Positions 1-9,826 of a stretch of DNA of 64,000 nt are shown here, in pieces. The translations under genes were made by a program, and so were the position numbers. The stretch's first letter is position 1. Each line of letters opens with the position of its first letter. The notes beneath the pieces are model-generated. The model was not told the origin of the DNA, searched no databases, and saw nothing but the letters and a program-made list of their open reading frames with translations. Source of the stretch: Blepharisma stoltei ATCC 30299 (lineage: Eukaryota; Protista; Ciliophora); the NCBI GenBank assembly GCA_965603825.1, contig CBFDEM010000052.1, forward strand, positions 248,001 to 312,000, written 5' to 3'.

Positions 1-218
1 AAATTTTCATCTTTATAAGTTATTAATCTCCCAAGCCCATCTCTTTCTTTTATAAAAGGTACAAAAAAATCAAAATTTTTCCCTTCATCTTTTACAGGGC
101 TTTTTAAAGGGCAAATATCATCAATAACAGACTGTTGTGTTTTTATTACAGAAGTTTGGTTTGGCATCCCCCATTGGTATAGAGAATCTAGATAATTACA
201 AATCGTTTTGCTTTCCAT
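1..218 (-). CDS. 5' part of a hypothetical protein (MESKTICNYLDSLYQWGMP...), running off the window edge
   Basis: ATG at 218 after an AT-rich spacer; frame stays open to position 1. Confidence 0.6.
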   Translation of the reverse strand, partial: MESKTICNYLDSLYQWGMPNQTSVIKTQQSVIDDICPLKSPVKDEGKNFDFFVPFIKERDGLGRLITYKDEN

Positions 219-243
219 AATTATTTATCCTCATCAAAATTAA

Positions 244-627
244 TTATTGTTGTTTAAATCTGCTAGCATCAATTTTAATTCCTGCTTTGACCAATTCTGC
301 CATATGTTCTAAGTTCTCAAGTCTTTCATCAACATCTTCAATTGTTAAAATAGTGTCAGCATCTTTCTGATAAGTTTCTCCAGGCTTTAATGTCTTTTGT
401 AATTCTCTATAGAACTTAATAGCTTCATCTGCATCACGTGCATCATATGTAGCAGTGCCACCTTGCTCAATTATATCATTTTTCTTTTGTAAAGTGTCTG
501 AAAACTCCAAAGGTTCATTAAACTCTGTTTGCAGAAAATAAGCTTTGAATAAGTTATCAGAGCGTAAACTTGTAGATAATGCTACTGAAACAACAAGCGC
601 ACAAATTATCAAACTGTTAACGGCCAT
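244..627 (-). CDS. Small secreted protein (signal peptide, pro-region ending ...AYFLQ)
   Basis: 127-aa ORF with hydrophobic N-terminus LIICALVVSVALS and TAA stop. Confidence 0.7.
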   Translation of the reverse strand: MAVNSLIICALVVSVALSTSLRSDNLFKAYFLQTEFNEPLEFSDTLQKKNDIIEQGGTATYDARDADEAIKFYRELQKTLKPGETYQKDADTILTIEDVDERLENLEHMAELVKAGIKIDASRFKQQ

Positions 628-684
628 TTTAAATATTTAATATCATTTAACTATTTCAAAAAATGTCAATTAACCAATGAGGCT

Positions 685-2100
685 TTAACGGTTATCCTCA
701 ATAGCTTTCAATATATCATCAACAATTTTTCTTTTTTCAGGCTGGAAATAATTCGCAGAAGAAACCAAGCTGTCGACATTTGTGCTTCTGTCTTCGCTAA
801 ACCTCTTCAAATTCAAAAAAGGGATTTTAGGGAATTTTTTATTTCCAGATAAAAGGATGGCTTCTGAATTCACTTTTTCTTTCGATTTATTCCTTCTTTT
901 AAGGCGCTTAGGTTTTTCTTTTACTGTTGATAAATGCCTGGATTTAATTGGGGTTAATGATTTTGTTAAATTTGTAATTTCTCTTCTAATTGAAAGCTTG
1001 GTAGGGTTAAGATGTCTGGAAGGGGAATAGTCAAGTCTTTCAGTCCAAGCACCTGCATAATGAATTGGCTCAGTGAATTTTAAGTAGCAGTCGTCACATA
1101 CAAGTGTTTTTTTGTTAAGAAAAACAACATTTTTCTTATGTTTGAGATAATCGAATAAAGTCATTTTTGGGTGATTTCTTGCAATTAATTTGGGGATTTC
1201 TTGAGAATTGGAATCTATCACAAACTTATAGGCAATATCACACATTCTTTCAACTTCACAAGGGTTTTCGCAGTTATTGCATAAAACTGACTTTTGGAGG
1301 GATACAGGATTTTGAGGATTTGAGGAAACTTTTTTAGGGTTCACAGTGTCAGGCAGCTTGGTTAAGCTCACAAGATCTAATGGTTTGCTGGACTGGCAGC
1401 GGACTGAAGTTGCCATTAATAGCCAAAGTCTATCTTTAGCATCAATTTTAAAATGAATTACCATTCTTGATATAGACATCTGATTATCTGTAACAAGCTT
1501 TACATGCTCGACAAGCACTTCCCCTACATTTCTCATATAATTCCTTATTTCAAAGCCTCTCAAAGGCATTACTCTGCTATGATACTCCTCCCCTTCAAAA
1601 GTAACAGCTCTTTCATACAAGTCATACCTCAAATCATACAAATCCTTTGTATTTTCTCTCATCTCAAATAAGCAGATACTTGGACTTCACACCATCTGGA
1701 TCTGGCTATTTTTTATTCCTTTAGGGTCAATAAATTTCTGTAAAATTCCATCTTGTGACTTGTTCCTGTAATGCAAAAAATGCTTGAGTTCTTCAGCTTC
1801 GAAAAATTCTATTTCTCTAATTCCACCTTTACCTATATAAGTGAAATAAGCTACAATCCCAGACTTAGAAACAGACTGAAGAAATGCTTGCTCTATATTT
1901 AAGGTAGTAAGCTGGTCTTTTGGTTTTTTGACAATTGTCCCATCTCCAGATGAATAAAACCATGATCTTGGCTGTTGATGCTTATAAATGACTGTATGTG
2001 GTAAATAAAAACCTCGAAATGAGGTATCGTCTCCTTCACGTTGTCAAGCGTAGTAATATATGTTTTCAATAAGTCCATCTCCTTCAAGGGGTTTTGCCAT
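685..2100 (-). CDS. Conserved-looking hypothetical protein, 471 aa, possibly ATP-grasp-like, with a C-terminal Cys cluster
   Basis: ATG at 2100 (MAKPLEGDG...) joins ORF 685..1662 in frame by reading TGA at 2044-2046 and 1687-1689 as Trp (YYAWQ, QMVWSP). Confidence 0.8.
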
Positions 2101-2120
2101 ATTAACTGATTAATTAGCTA

Positions 2121-3614
2121 TTACTTTTTCTTTAAGGTCTTATAGCTTTTTTGACTCCTTTGCATTAAATCTTCCCAGGATAGTGGGATAGATAGATCCT
2201 CGTCTTCTATTTGTGGGTCCTTTTCTGCCATAAGTGGCGCAGTGAATTCTATTTTAGGAGAATTTTTGAGGTCTTTTTTGAAGTTTTGGGGAATTTCACT
2301 TTTATCTGATTGGCATTCTTTAAAAAGTGTAATAATTTCAGTCGCTCTATGCTCTATAATGCCTAATTTTTGTATTAAGCTCTCTTCATCGTTTAAGACA
2401 AGTCTATCGCTTTCTGGCTTGCAGCCTAGTTTTGTGAATAATAAATCAACTGCATTTTTAATTGATTTGAAGGTTTCTGTCATTTCTTCGCACCTTTGGG
2501 TATAGTCACTAGTTTTATTTGTAGTTTGTGAATATTTTTTTTCTAATTCATTTACAGCAAGAATTCTCTTTTCTTCTGAACTGTTCCCTTTTGCTTTTAT
2601 TTCAGAAATCTCATCTTTTAAAGCTTGAATTTGATTTTCTATTGCTTCTAAGTCTAAATTGAGCTCTTCTACATATTTTCCTAATGTTATATTATGCTCT
2701 TTCGTCTCTTGATACTGCTTAATTAGCATTTCAATATCGCTTATTCCAGTATACTCTTGCAGCTTATCACAAATAAGCTGATACTCATCAACTTTTCTGC
2801 TTGACACCAATATTGCAGCCTTATCTTTTGCAATTTTCCATGACAATTTTGTGATTTTTTTAATTAATTCTTGTTCTTGCTCTGCTTCTTTATTTTCCAG
2901 CTCAGCATTTTTTCTTTTTTCTAAAATCGCGTCTTGGGTTTCCTTTATTTGTTTTTCTTTTTCAATGACTTTTCCTAAATTATTCCAATCAGAATTAAAC
3001 TCTTTTTCTTCTTTTTCAGCTTCTTGCTTGAGTTCTTCTATTTTTTCTTTAGCTTGGTCTCTTTCTCTGATTGCTTTATTTCCTTTTTCTACGATTTCTT
3101 TCATTTCTTCCCTTTTCTTTTTAATATCTTCGTCGAGTTCTTTGTAGATATTCATAAAAAAGTTTTTTTCTCTTCTGACTTTATCGATTTCATCACGAAT
3201 TTTTTTGTTTTTGGCGACAGATTCATTGTATTTTTGAAGGGAGATTTCGAGTTTGCTTTCTAAGCTTTTGATTTTTCGGTTGATAATTAGGTTTGTTTCT
3301 TTGCTCCCTTTTACTCCGCCTATCATTTCTCGCTGTTTTGCTATTTTGCTTTGCATTTCAGCGATTTGTCGGTCGAGATCAGCAATTTTACGTTTGGCTA
3401 GTTCTGTTTTCTTAGATCCAGTCTCATATGGTTCTTGAGATAGGCTTCTTCTTGAAGGTTCATTAATTTTTGTTTCTGTTATAAATTCAAAACCAACTGA
3501 GCTTTTAATTTTTTCAGTTTCTTCTTTAAGTACACTCATTTTCTGCTTATAAGTGTTCGTGCTAAACTCATACTGGCTTTTTGCTTTTGGTGATGTATGG
3601 TCTCTTTTGTTCAT
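2121..3614 (-). CDS. ODAD1: Outer dynein arm docking complex coiled-coil subunit (ODA1/DC2, CCDC114/CCDC63 family)
   Basis: 497-aa coiled coil containing KIKSLESKLEISLQKYNESVAKNKKIRDEIDKVRREK, resembling the ODA-DC2 family motif. Confidence 0.75.
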   Translation of the reverse strand: MNKRDHTSPKAKSQYEFSTNTYKQKMSVLKEETEKIKSSVGFEFITETKINEPSRRSLSQEPYETGSKKTELAKRKIADLDRQIAEMQSKIAKQREMIGGVKGSKETNLIINRKIKSLESKLEISLQKYNESVAKNKKIRDEIDKVRREKNFFMNIYKELDEDIKKKREEMKEIVEKGNKAIRERDQAKEKIEELKQEAEKEEKEFNSDWNNLGKVIEKEKQIKETQDAILEKRKNAELENKEAEQEQELIKKITKLSWKIAKDKAAILVSSRKVDEYQLICDKLQEYTGISDIEMLIKQYQETKEHNITLGKYVEELNLDLEAIENQIQALKDEISEIKAKGNSSEEKRILAVNELEKKYSQTTNKTSDYTQRCEEMTETFKSIKNAVDLLFTKLGCKPESDRLVLNDEESLIQKLGIIEHRATEIITLFKECQSDKSEIPQNFKKDLKNSPKIEFTAPLMAEKDPQIEDEDLSIPLSWEDLMQRSQKSYKTLKKK

Positions 3615-3821
3615 TCCTATAATTTAAATATTTAAAAATCACAATAAATTTTATTTAGCGAGATAAAAAATCCTCAAATTATTTTATCTGGGCGATCTCT
3701 TTTTTATTTTACGTCTAAAACTAAATGAATTATTAATTAAAAGGGTAATTTCATATATATTTTAATTTTTTAAGAAGTTAAATTATATATTAGATCTGAT
3801 TAATTAATGGTAGTTTTATAA

Positions 3822-4565
3822 ATGGGAAATAGCGAGCATTCATATATAAGCGGAAGAGAATCTCTCTACACTGATTCGACATGTGTATCTCCACATCCAG
3901 TTTTTCTTGATTTTTCTTTAGAGCCTCAACAATTCATATCAGGCCCAATTCCAAAACCACAAGTTATAAGCCTGCTTAATAGCACAAAAAGCTATGCTTC
4001 TCTTATAATTTCTGATCTTAGAGACGATTTTTTGCAAACTACAACTGAATTTTTATCAAAGCATAGGAGAAATTCTATAGAAGAGCTTCCCATAAGGCTT
4101 CTCAGAGAAATTAGCAAGGGCTTCCTTGAAAATTTTCAAAAAAGACAGCAAGCCATTGGAGAAAGTTTTCAATTCATATTAGCCCATCAAAGAATAAGTG
4201 ACGAAATCCTTACAAATTCAATCCGAAATCTTCAAGAAGACCAAGATATCAAGGTTATTCTTGATAATATGAATAATTTTGAGCCTTCATCAGACAGAGA
4301 TATCAGTCCTGAAGAACTCTTATCCATAATGAGATTCAAGGCACAAAGAATGGAGATTTTAATAGAAAAATTCAACTTTCTAAACAAAAATGAGAGATTA
4401 ATTGTCGTGTCATTAGCTATTGACTTTGCTGTAAATAAAAAGTTCGGGTTAAGTGAAAATGAAATAAATTATGCAATTTTGCATTGCATCATTCCGAGTC
4501 ATGGTACATTATTTGAAGAGTTTCAAAAAGTCAACAAAAAAATTAATAGCCTTTGCAGATTATAA
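3822..4565 (+). CDS. Hypothetical protein with possible N-myristoylation (MGNSEHS)
   Basis: 247-aa ORF, ATG to TAA. Confidence 0.7.
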   Translation: MGNSEHSYISGRESLYTDSTCVSPHPVFLDFSLEPQQFISGPIPKPQVISLLNSTKSYASLIISDLRDDFLQTTTEFLSKHRRNSIEELPIRLLREISKGFLENFQKRQQAIGESFQFILAHQRISDEILTNSIRNLQEDQDIKVILDNMNNFEPSSDRDISPEELLSIMRFKAQRMEILIEKFNFLNKNERLIVVSLAIDFAVNKKFGLSENEINYAILHCIIPSHGTLFEEFQKVNKKINSLCRL

Positions 4566-4628
4566 CATAAAAATTATTATTTTATAAGTTTATTTAAATC
4601 TAATTACGAATTTTACATTAATACAAAA

Positions 4629-5801
4629 CTACCCTCCTTTACTAATATAAAGAACAAGAGTATCGCCAATTTTCAGATGCAAGGAACAATGCCTGTCATA
4701 AAGCAGCCCCATTCTTTTCAGCTCATTCGTGATTTCGCCATTTTTATTGTGGATTTCAATTCCTATTCCAATTAAATCCATACTGTTAGGGACAATGCCT
4801 TCTTTTTCAGCTCTATAGGTGTGTTTCGAGACATTCACATCAACTCCTGTAAATTGACTCTTGATCAGCCTCAAAAATGGCAAAAAATGATCATAAAAGT
4901 AAATATTTTCTGTTTTAAAGTAATATTTTGAGTCATATCACTCAGTTTGACCCAGTTCTACATCACAGACTCTGTTTACGTTATATAAATACATTTTTTT
5001 TGATATTCCTTCATTTTCTTCAAAGTAGCTTGGTGGATACTCTGGAGCTAGATTATGTGACTTCTTAATTGCTCTAGTATCTTGTATCAAAGGGGGTTGC
5101 CATTGGATAGTTTCAAATCTTAGCAGTCCTTGCAGATTATATCAATTAATCGCAAATTCAATATTATCACCTACACAAACTAACGGAATTTGCTGAGAAT
5201 AAGCATAAATTTTAGTATCCTCATTACCTCTTGACTCATCCCTATGCAATCAAACAGCTTTATTTCCTTTTGGAATACAGTCTAATTTGAATTCCGCCTT
5301 GTAATTTTGATGTGACGTATAAGTTCGATACGTATATCTTAGTTTAACTGTGTGATTTGCTAAAATTGGTAAAGGCTCAGCAACCATAATCCTATCAACT
5401 CTAATCCCATGCTTGCTGCTCACCGCTATTTTCCCTGAGTATAAGAAACTTCGTTTAAATATAAAAAGATGAGAATGTGTCAAGGCGAAATGGCTTTCAA
5501 TCGAACTAAAAGTAGCGTCCAAAACCTCCTTGATTTTAAAATACCAGTAAGGAGAAACAGAAATAAGTATTTTATACTCTCCAGCCAAAAACATCACGAT
5601 AGTAAGCACCGCTGAGTCCGGCATCATCCACAAATTCACTTCTGATTTTTTTGCTTTATCACTTTCCTGAAGCACTCTTTTAAGCATTTTGACATAAATA
5701 TTCTTCTTTCTGTCTCTGAGCTCTGCAATTGTGTGTGATTTTTCTTCATTCAACGCTAGCACTTCTAGAGATTCAGGAGTTAATGAATGCCCACCTCCCA
5801 T
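4629..5801 (-). CDS. Hypothetical protein, 390 aa, N-terminal Gly and an F-box-like segment
   Basis: ORFs 5250..5801 and 4629..4883 share a frame and join through three TGA=Trp; LWMMPDSAVLTIVMFL...ISVSPYW resembles an F-box; TAG stop. Confidence 0.75.
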
Positions 5802-5836
5802 AATGAATTAACTTTGAATTGAATCCATTGATAATA

Positions 5837-6187
5837 ATGGATAAATTAATCAAGCTACGGCCTAATCTTATTCCTAGATTGCTCAGACCTGAACCAAAAG
5901 TGTATAAGTTCTTTAACAAGCCTATTTACCTAGTCAGGACAGAAAAAGAACTCCAAGAAAACGTCCTTTGTTTCAGATGTCCTCAAGAACTCACAAAGCC
6001 TGAACTTAGACAAGTTTTTACAAAAGTCTACGGGATGAAATTAAAAGCTGTCAGTACTTTTAATCATATGGGGAAAATTGCAAGGAATAGAACTAATGGG
6101 CATTATAGGAAGCCTGATTACAAGAAAGTGTATGTGGAATTGGAACATGAAGCCCCTCCATATCTCCAATACTTTAAAAACATATAA
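5837..6187 (+). CDS. MRPL23: Mitochondrial ribosomal protein uL23m
   Basis: FRCPQELTKPELRQVFTKVYGMKLKAVSTFN...DYKKVYVEL is an L23 signature; first ATG at 5837. Confidence 0.85.
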   Translation: MDKLIKLRPNLIPRLLRPEPKVYKFFNKPIYLVRTEKELQENVLCFRCPQELTKPELRQVFTKVYGMKLKAVSTFNHMGKIARNRTNGHYRKPDYKKVYVELEHEAPPYLQYFKNI

Positions 6188-6281
6188 GCTAATAGATATT
6201 ATAGCAGGGAAATAAAGAATTTAAGTTTTTCATATAAAAAGACTGAATAAACTTAGCTAGGAATTGATAAATTGGTAATAA

Positions 6282-6653
6282 ATGGTGAAGGTTAAGGCAT
6301 ACGAGCTTAGAAAGAAGGATCAAGAAGGATTAAAGAAGCAGCTTGAAGAACTCAAGACTGAACTTTCACATTTGAAGGTCGCGAAGGTCGCTGGAGGAGC
6401 TCCATCAAAGCTTTCAAAGATCAAAGTGTTCAGAAAAGACGTAGCCAAAGTCTTGACTATCATCCATGAAAAGAAAAGAGACCAAATCAAAGCTGACAGC
6501 AAAGGCAAAAAGTATCTTCCTTATGATATTAGACTAAAACAGACCAGAGCTATCAGATTAAGATTAACAAAAGAACAAGCCAAGAAGCTTCCTCTTAGAA
6601 TTCTGAAGAAAAAGCTTAATTTCCCTCAAAGAAAATTCGCAGTAGCTAACTAA
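6282..6653 (+). CDS. RPL35: 60S ribosomal protein L35 (uL29)
   Basis: MVKVKAYELR...LKVAKVAGGAPSKLSKIK...FPQRKFAV. Confidence 0.97.
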   Translation: MVKVKAYELRKKDQEGLKKQLEELKTELSHLKVAKVAGGAPSKLSKIKVFRKDVAKVLTIIHEKKRDQIKADSKGKKYLPYDIRLKQTRAIRLRLTKEQAKKLPLRILKKKLNFPQRKFAVAN

Positions 6654-7184
6654 AAATTGGTTTTACGTGCAATTATGTGTAGATTATTAATGGACTTATA
6701 TGTTGCTATATAATTTTCTATAAACGTTGATTATTCCCTTATTATTTCTGAGGAAATCAGAGATATTAAATAGCAAGCATAAATTAATTCTTATAACTTA
6801 TAATATGCCAGATCCTTAACTATTAAATTTATTATTAGAGCAAACAAATAACATTTTTTATTTTTTCACCTCTGATGTATTTCAATACAATCATAGCATA
6901 TAGCGTGATCTATCTTTTCTACATCGTTTAATGTATGGATCAGATTATCCTTACTTATAAAAGTCGTTATGTCTAATAGCAATATAATCCTTAAAATCTG
7001 CAACAGCCACATAAAAGTAAGCTTCTATTTATATAGACTAATTACTCAATCTTTCAATTTCAGATAAAATTGGCTAACATAAATTCAGTTCATTATAAAA
7101 GTTACTATATGAACATCTTGGTCTTTATTCCATTTTGAAATCCACGTAATATTGGTAATTAAAAATCGTGGCTATAATAAATAT

Positions 7185-7727
7185 ATGGCAGAAGTTCCTA
7201 TCAGATACGGAGTCCCTATCAAGCTTGTTCACCACGCCACTCACCATTCACTTCATTCGCATCCTCATGCTTTAGGAAGTGGAACCCATCAACAAGAAGT
7301 TACAGGCTTTGGTTCTCGCGATGATAATGATTGGTGGATTGTTAAAGGACCAGATGGAAACGGACCTTGGAATTGTCCAATCGGAACTCCAGTCCTTAAC
7401 CATCAAATCATCAGACTTGAGCATCTTGCGACGGGTAAGAACCTTCATTCATCGCCAGGAGTTCATTCTCCATCATCCCACCAACAAGAAATTTGTGCCT
7501 TTGGAGAGCATGGAGTTGGAGATGTCAACGATAACTGGCGCTTGGAAGTCGAAGGACAGCCTCCAAATACTCCTTGGTTTGGAAATCACCATATCAGACT
7601 TATTCATGTTCAGAGCAACCATTCTCTGCATTCTCATCATGGGCATAAGATCAGAGACCAACAAGAAATCACTGGGTATGATAGAAGAGATGAGAATGAT
7701 TTCTGGACTGTCGAGCGTATAGCTTAA
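7185..7727 (+). CDS. MIR-domain (beta-trefoil) protein, SDF2-like but without signal peptide
   Basis: Three repeats of I[KR]LxH...LHS....Q.E..G....D.ND.W; ATG at 7185. Confidence 0.88.
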   Translation: MAEVPIRYGVPIKLVHHATHHSLHSHPHALGSGTHQQEVTGFGSRDDNDWWIVKGPDGNGPWNCPIGTPVLNHQIIRLEHLATGKNLHSSPGVHSPSSHQQEICAFGEHGVGDVNDNWRLEVEGQPPNTPWFGNHHIRLIHVQSNHSLHSHHGHKIRDQQEITGYDRRDENDFWTVERIA

Positions 7728-8151
7728 GTTAACTAAAATTAGGAAAATAATGACAATTGAAAGATTTTAACTGAAAGAAAGTTGTCGAGTAATTTCACAT
7801 TTTCTATTTGCTCATTAAGGCAAAGACTTTGCTTTATTGTGATTTTTTAGTGTGTAGAGATTATTAAATTTTAAAATTTCATGCCTAATAATTTCGAAAA
7901 TTTTTCATTTTTACTAAAACAAATTAAAATTTTGATATGGATTTTATTATAAGTAATAGTTTAGATTTTGGTTTATTATAATTTTTTACATATAAGATTA
8001 TAAATTTTGCTTTCAAACTGATAATTTCTAATATATTATTTTTGTGTAAAATATATTTTATGGAATATGCATTTTAGCATAAGAAATTGATTTTTGGAAT
8101 TACATTATCCAAAGCTTGCTTTGGTATGCAAAATCATAAAGATTTTTATAC

Positions 8152-9039
8152 TTAATTATTTTTAACTTTATTTTTTGTTTTTATCCTTTTTTTGTTCCAA
8201 TCCCCTCTTTGTTCTCTTTTGAGTTGAAATTTCGTCATGTCTTTCCCATTCTTCTTATTCTGTTTCTTTTCTATTTTTCTCTCTCTTTTTTGAGGCAATT
8301 TAATTTCTGCTGAATCAAAGCTTTGGTCAGTGTAATCAGATTGTTTTGTTAGTTTTTTTGGATTAAGAAATGGGTTTGATGACTGATGTGCAGGCTCCTT
8401 TGTCTGCAAGGATTTCTTTTCTTTTTGCAGAGTTTCTTTATCTTTGATTCTCGTCACGTTTAATCTTCTTCCTGATAGCATATAATTGTTCATTGAAAGA
8501 GCTTTTTTGGCTTCTTTTTTGTTCGAATAAACCACATGTGCAAACCCTTTCCCTTTTTGTGCATCTTTACCCCTAGGAATTTTTATTTCTCGGATTTGTC
8601 CAAAGTCTTTGAATTTTGACCTCAACTCTTCTTCTGTTATATTGTATGGCAAATTATTGATGAAAATGCTGGATTTTAATTCTGTTTCTGGTTTGTTAAC
8701 AATTGATACTGAAAGAATGTTTCCCTTGAAATCTTGCCCATTAAGAGAGGAAGATAAAGAAGCTTCTTCTTTATTTTTGTATAAAACGCAATAAGCTCCA
8801 GATGAAGTGTCTTTAATGTTTTCGCTTGAATTGCTTTTAACCCAAACCTTATCCACTTCTCCGAATTGGCTGAAAAGTTTCTTTATCTCTTTTCGAGTAG
8901 CAGAGAGTGCATTTTCAACCAATACTACGCTATGCTGTATAGATTCGTCTTGATTTGAAATTGTAAGATCGCCATCAGTTTCTGTGTGAGATAGTTTTGA
9001 CAATCCTTGTTTCTTTTGGATCTCATGGCTAGCTATCAT
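8152..9039 (-). CDS. Two-RRM RNA-binding protein (RBM34/Nop12-like)
   Basis: RNP2 IFINNL and RNP1 KGFAHVVY; Lys-rich tail. Confidence 0.8.
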   Translation of the reverse strand: MIASHEIQKKQGLSKLSHTETDGDLTISNQDESIQHSVVLVENALSATRKEIKKLFSQFGEVDKVWVKSNSSENIKDTSSGAYCVLYKNKEEASLSSSLNGQDFKGNILSVSIVNKPETELKSSIFINNLPYNITEEELRSKFKDFGQIREIKIPRGKDAQKGKGFAHVVYSNKKEAKKALSMNNYMLSGRRLNVTRIKDKETLQKEKKSLQTKEPAHQSSNPFLNPKKLTKQSDYTDQSFDSAEIKLPQKRERKIEKKQNKKNGKDMTKFQLKREQRGDWNKKRIKTKNKVKNN

Positions 9040-9232
9040 TTTTATAAAAATAATGTCTATTTGCAGAGGATGCTATTGCATTCAAGACTTTAAAGAATTT
9101 CTAGTTCATAGATTTCTACTTTAATAAATAGATAGTTCTATTTTCGTCAGTATTTTCATTAACTTCATGATATATACATCATGAGTGGTAAACCATAAAA
9201 TATGAATCCTATATGTAATATATACATCCATA

Positions 9233-9808
9233 ATGAGATTGATTTATCAAGCACCTGACGAAGGTGTGAAAGCAATCCTACTAGCTCTCAAATGGACTGG
9301 TCTTACAGTCCAAAAAAGAGCTGATAATGCTTTTATTGTCACTTTGCAAATAGACGCCCAAGACAACGTAGGAAATACAATTGAAGTCATGGGAGAGCTA
9401 AGCATAATGAGATACATTATGGAGCAATCTCCTTTTGCTGGCTCATCCAATCTACATCTCGAAGAATGGATCATTTATAGACTTAAGCAGCTAGCTTCTG
9501 AATGCCCGAAAGCTGCCATAAAAACAAATAAAGAACTTATAGCTGCAGTCAGACACTTAGAACAAAGCTTGAATGGAGATTTTATTGGTGGCTCTCACCC
9601 TGGAGTTGCTGATTTTCTGAGTTTTTCCTATTTACTGCAATTTTTTGTTGGAAATCCATGGACTGTCAAAACTTTTCCTTTGCTTGCAGAATCATATGCA
9701 AAGCTTAGTGAAACTTTTGGAAATGTCTTGGAAGAGCTCGGAGAAAAAGCTCAAATCCTGAAAATTAAGAAAAAGCAAGAAAATACAGAGCCAAATCAAA
9801 ATTCTTAA
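9233..9808 (+). CDS. GST C-terminal-like domain protein (AIMP3/Arc1p-like scaffold type)
   Basis: HLEQSLNGDFIGGSHPGVADF...FPLL matches the GST-C pattern. Confidence 0.65.
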   Translation: MRLIYQAPDEGVKAILLALKWTGLTVQKRADNAFIVTLQIDAQDNVGNTIEVMGELSIMRYIMEQSPFAGSSNLHLEEWIIYRLKQLASECPKAAIKTNKELIAAVRHLEQSLNGDFIGGSHPGVADFLSFSYLLQFFVGNPWTVKTFPLLAESYAKLSETFGNVLEELGEKAQILKIKKKQENTEPNQNS

Positions 9809-9826
9809 TAATTATCAGTTAAAAGA

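Noticed and set aside
3661-3689. AGATAAAA...TTTTATCT inverted repeat between divergent genes
   Set aside because: An 8-bp AT-rich stem is expected by chance in this composition.
7279-7722. 147-aa overlapping ORF in another frame of the MIR gene
   Set aside because: Non-ATG start and no recognisable motif; explained by the codon bias of the real gene.
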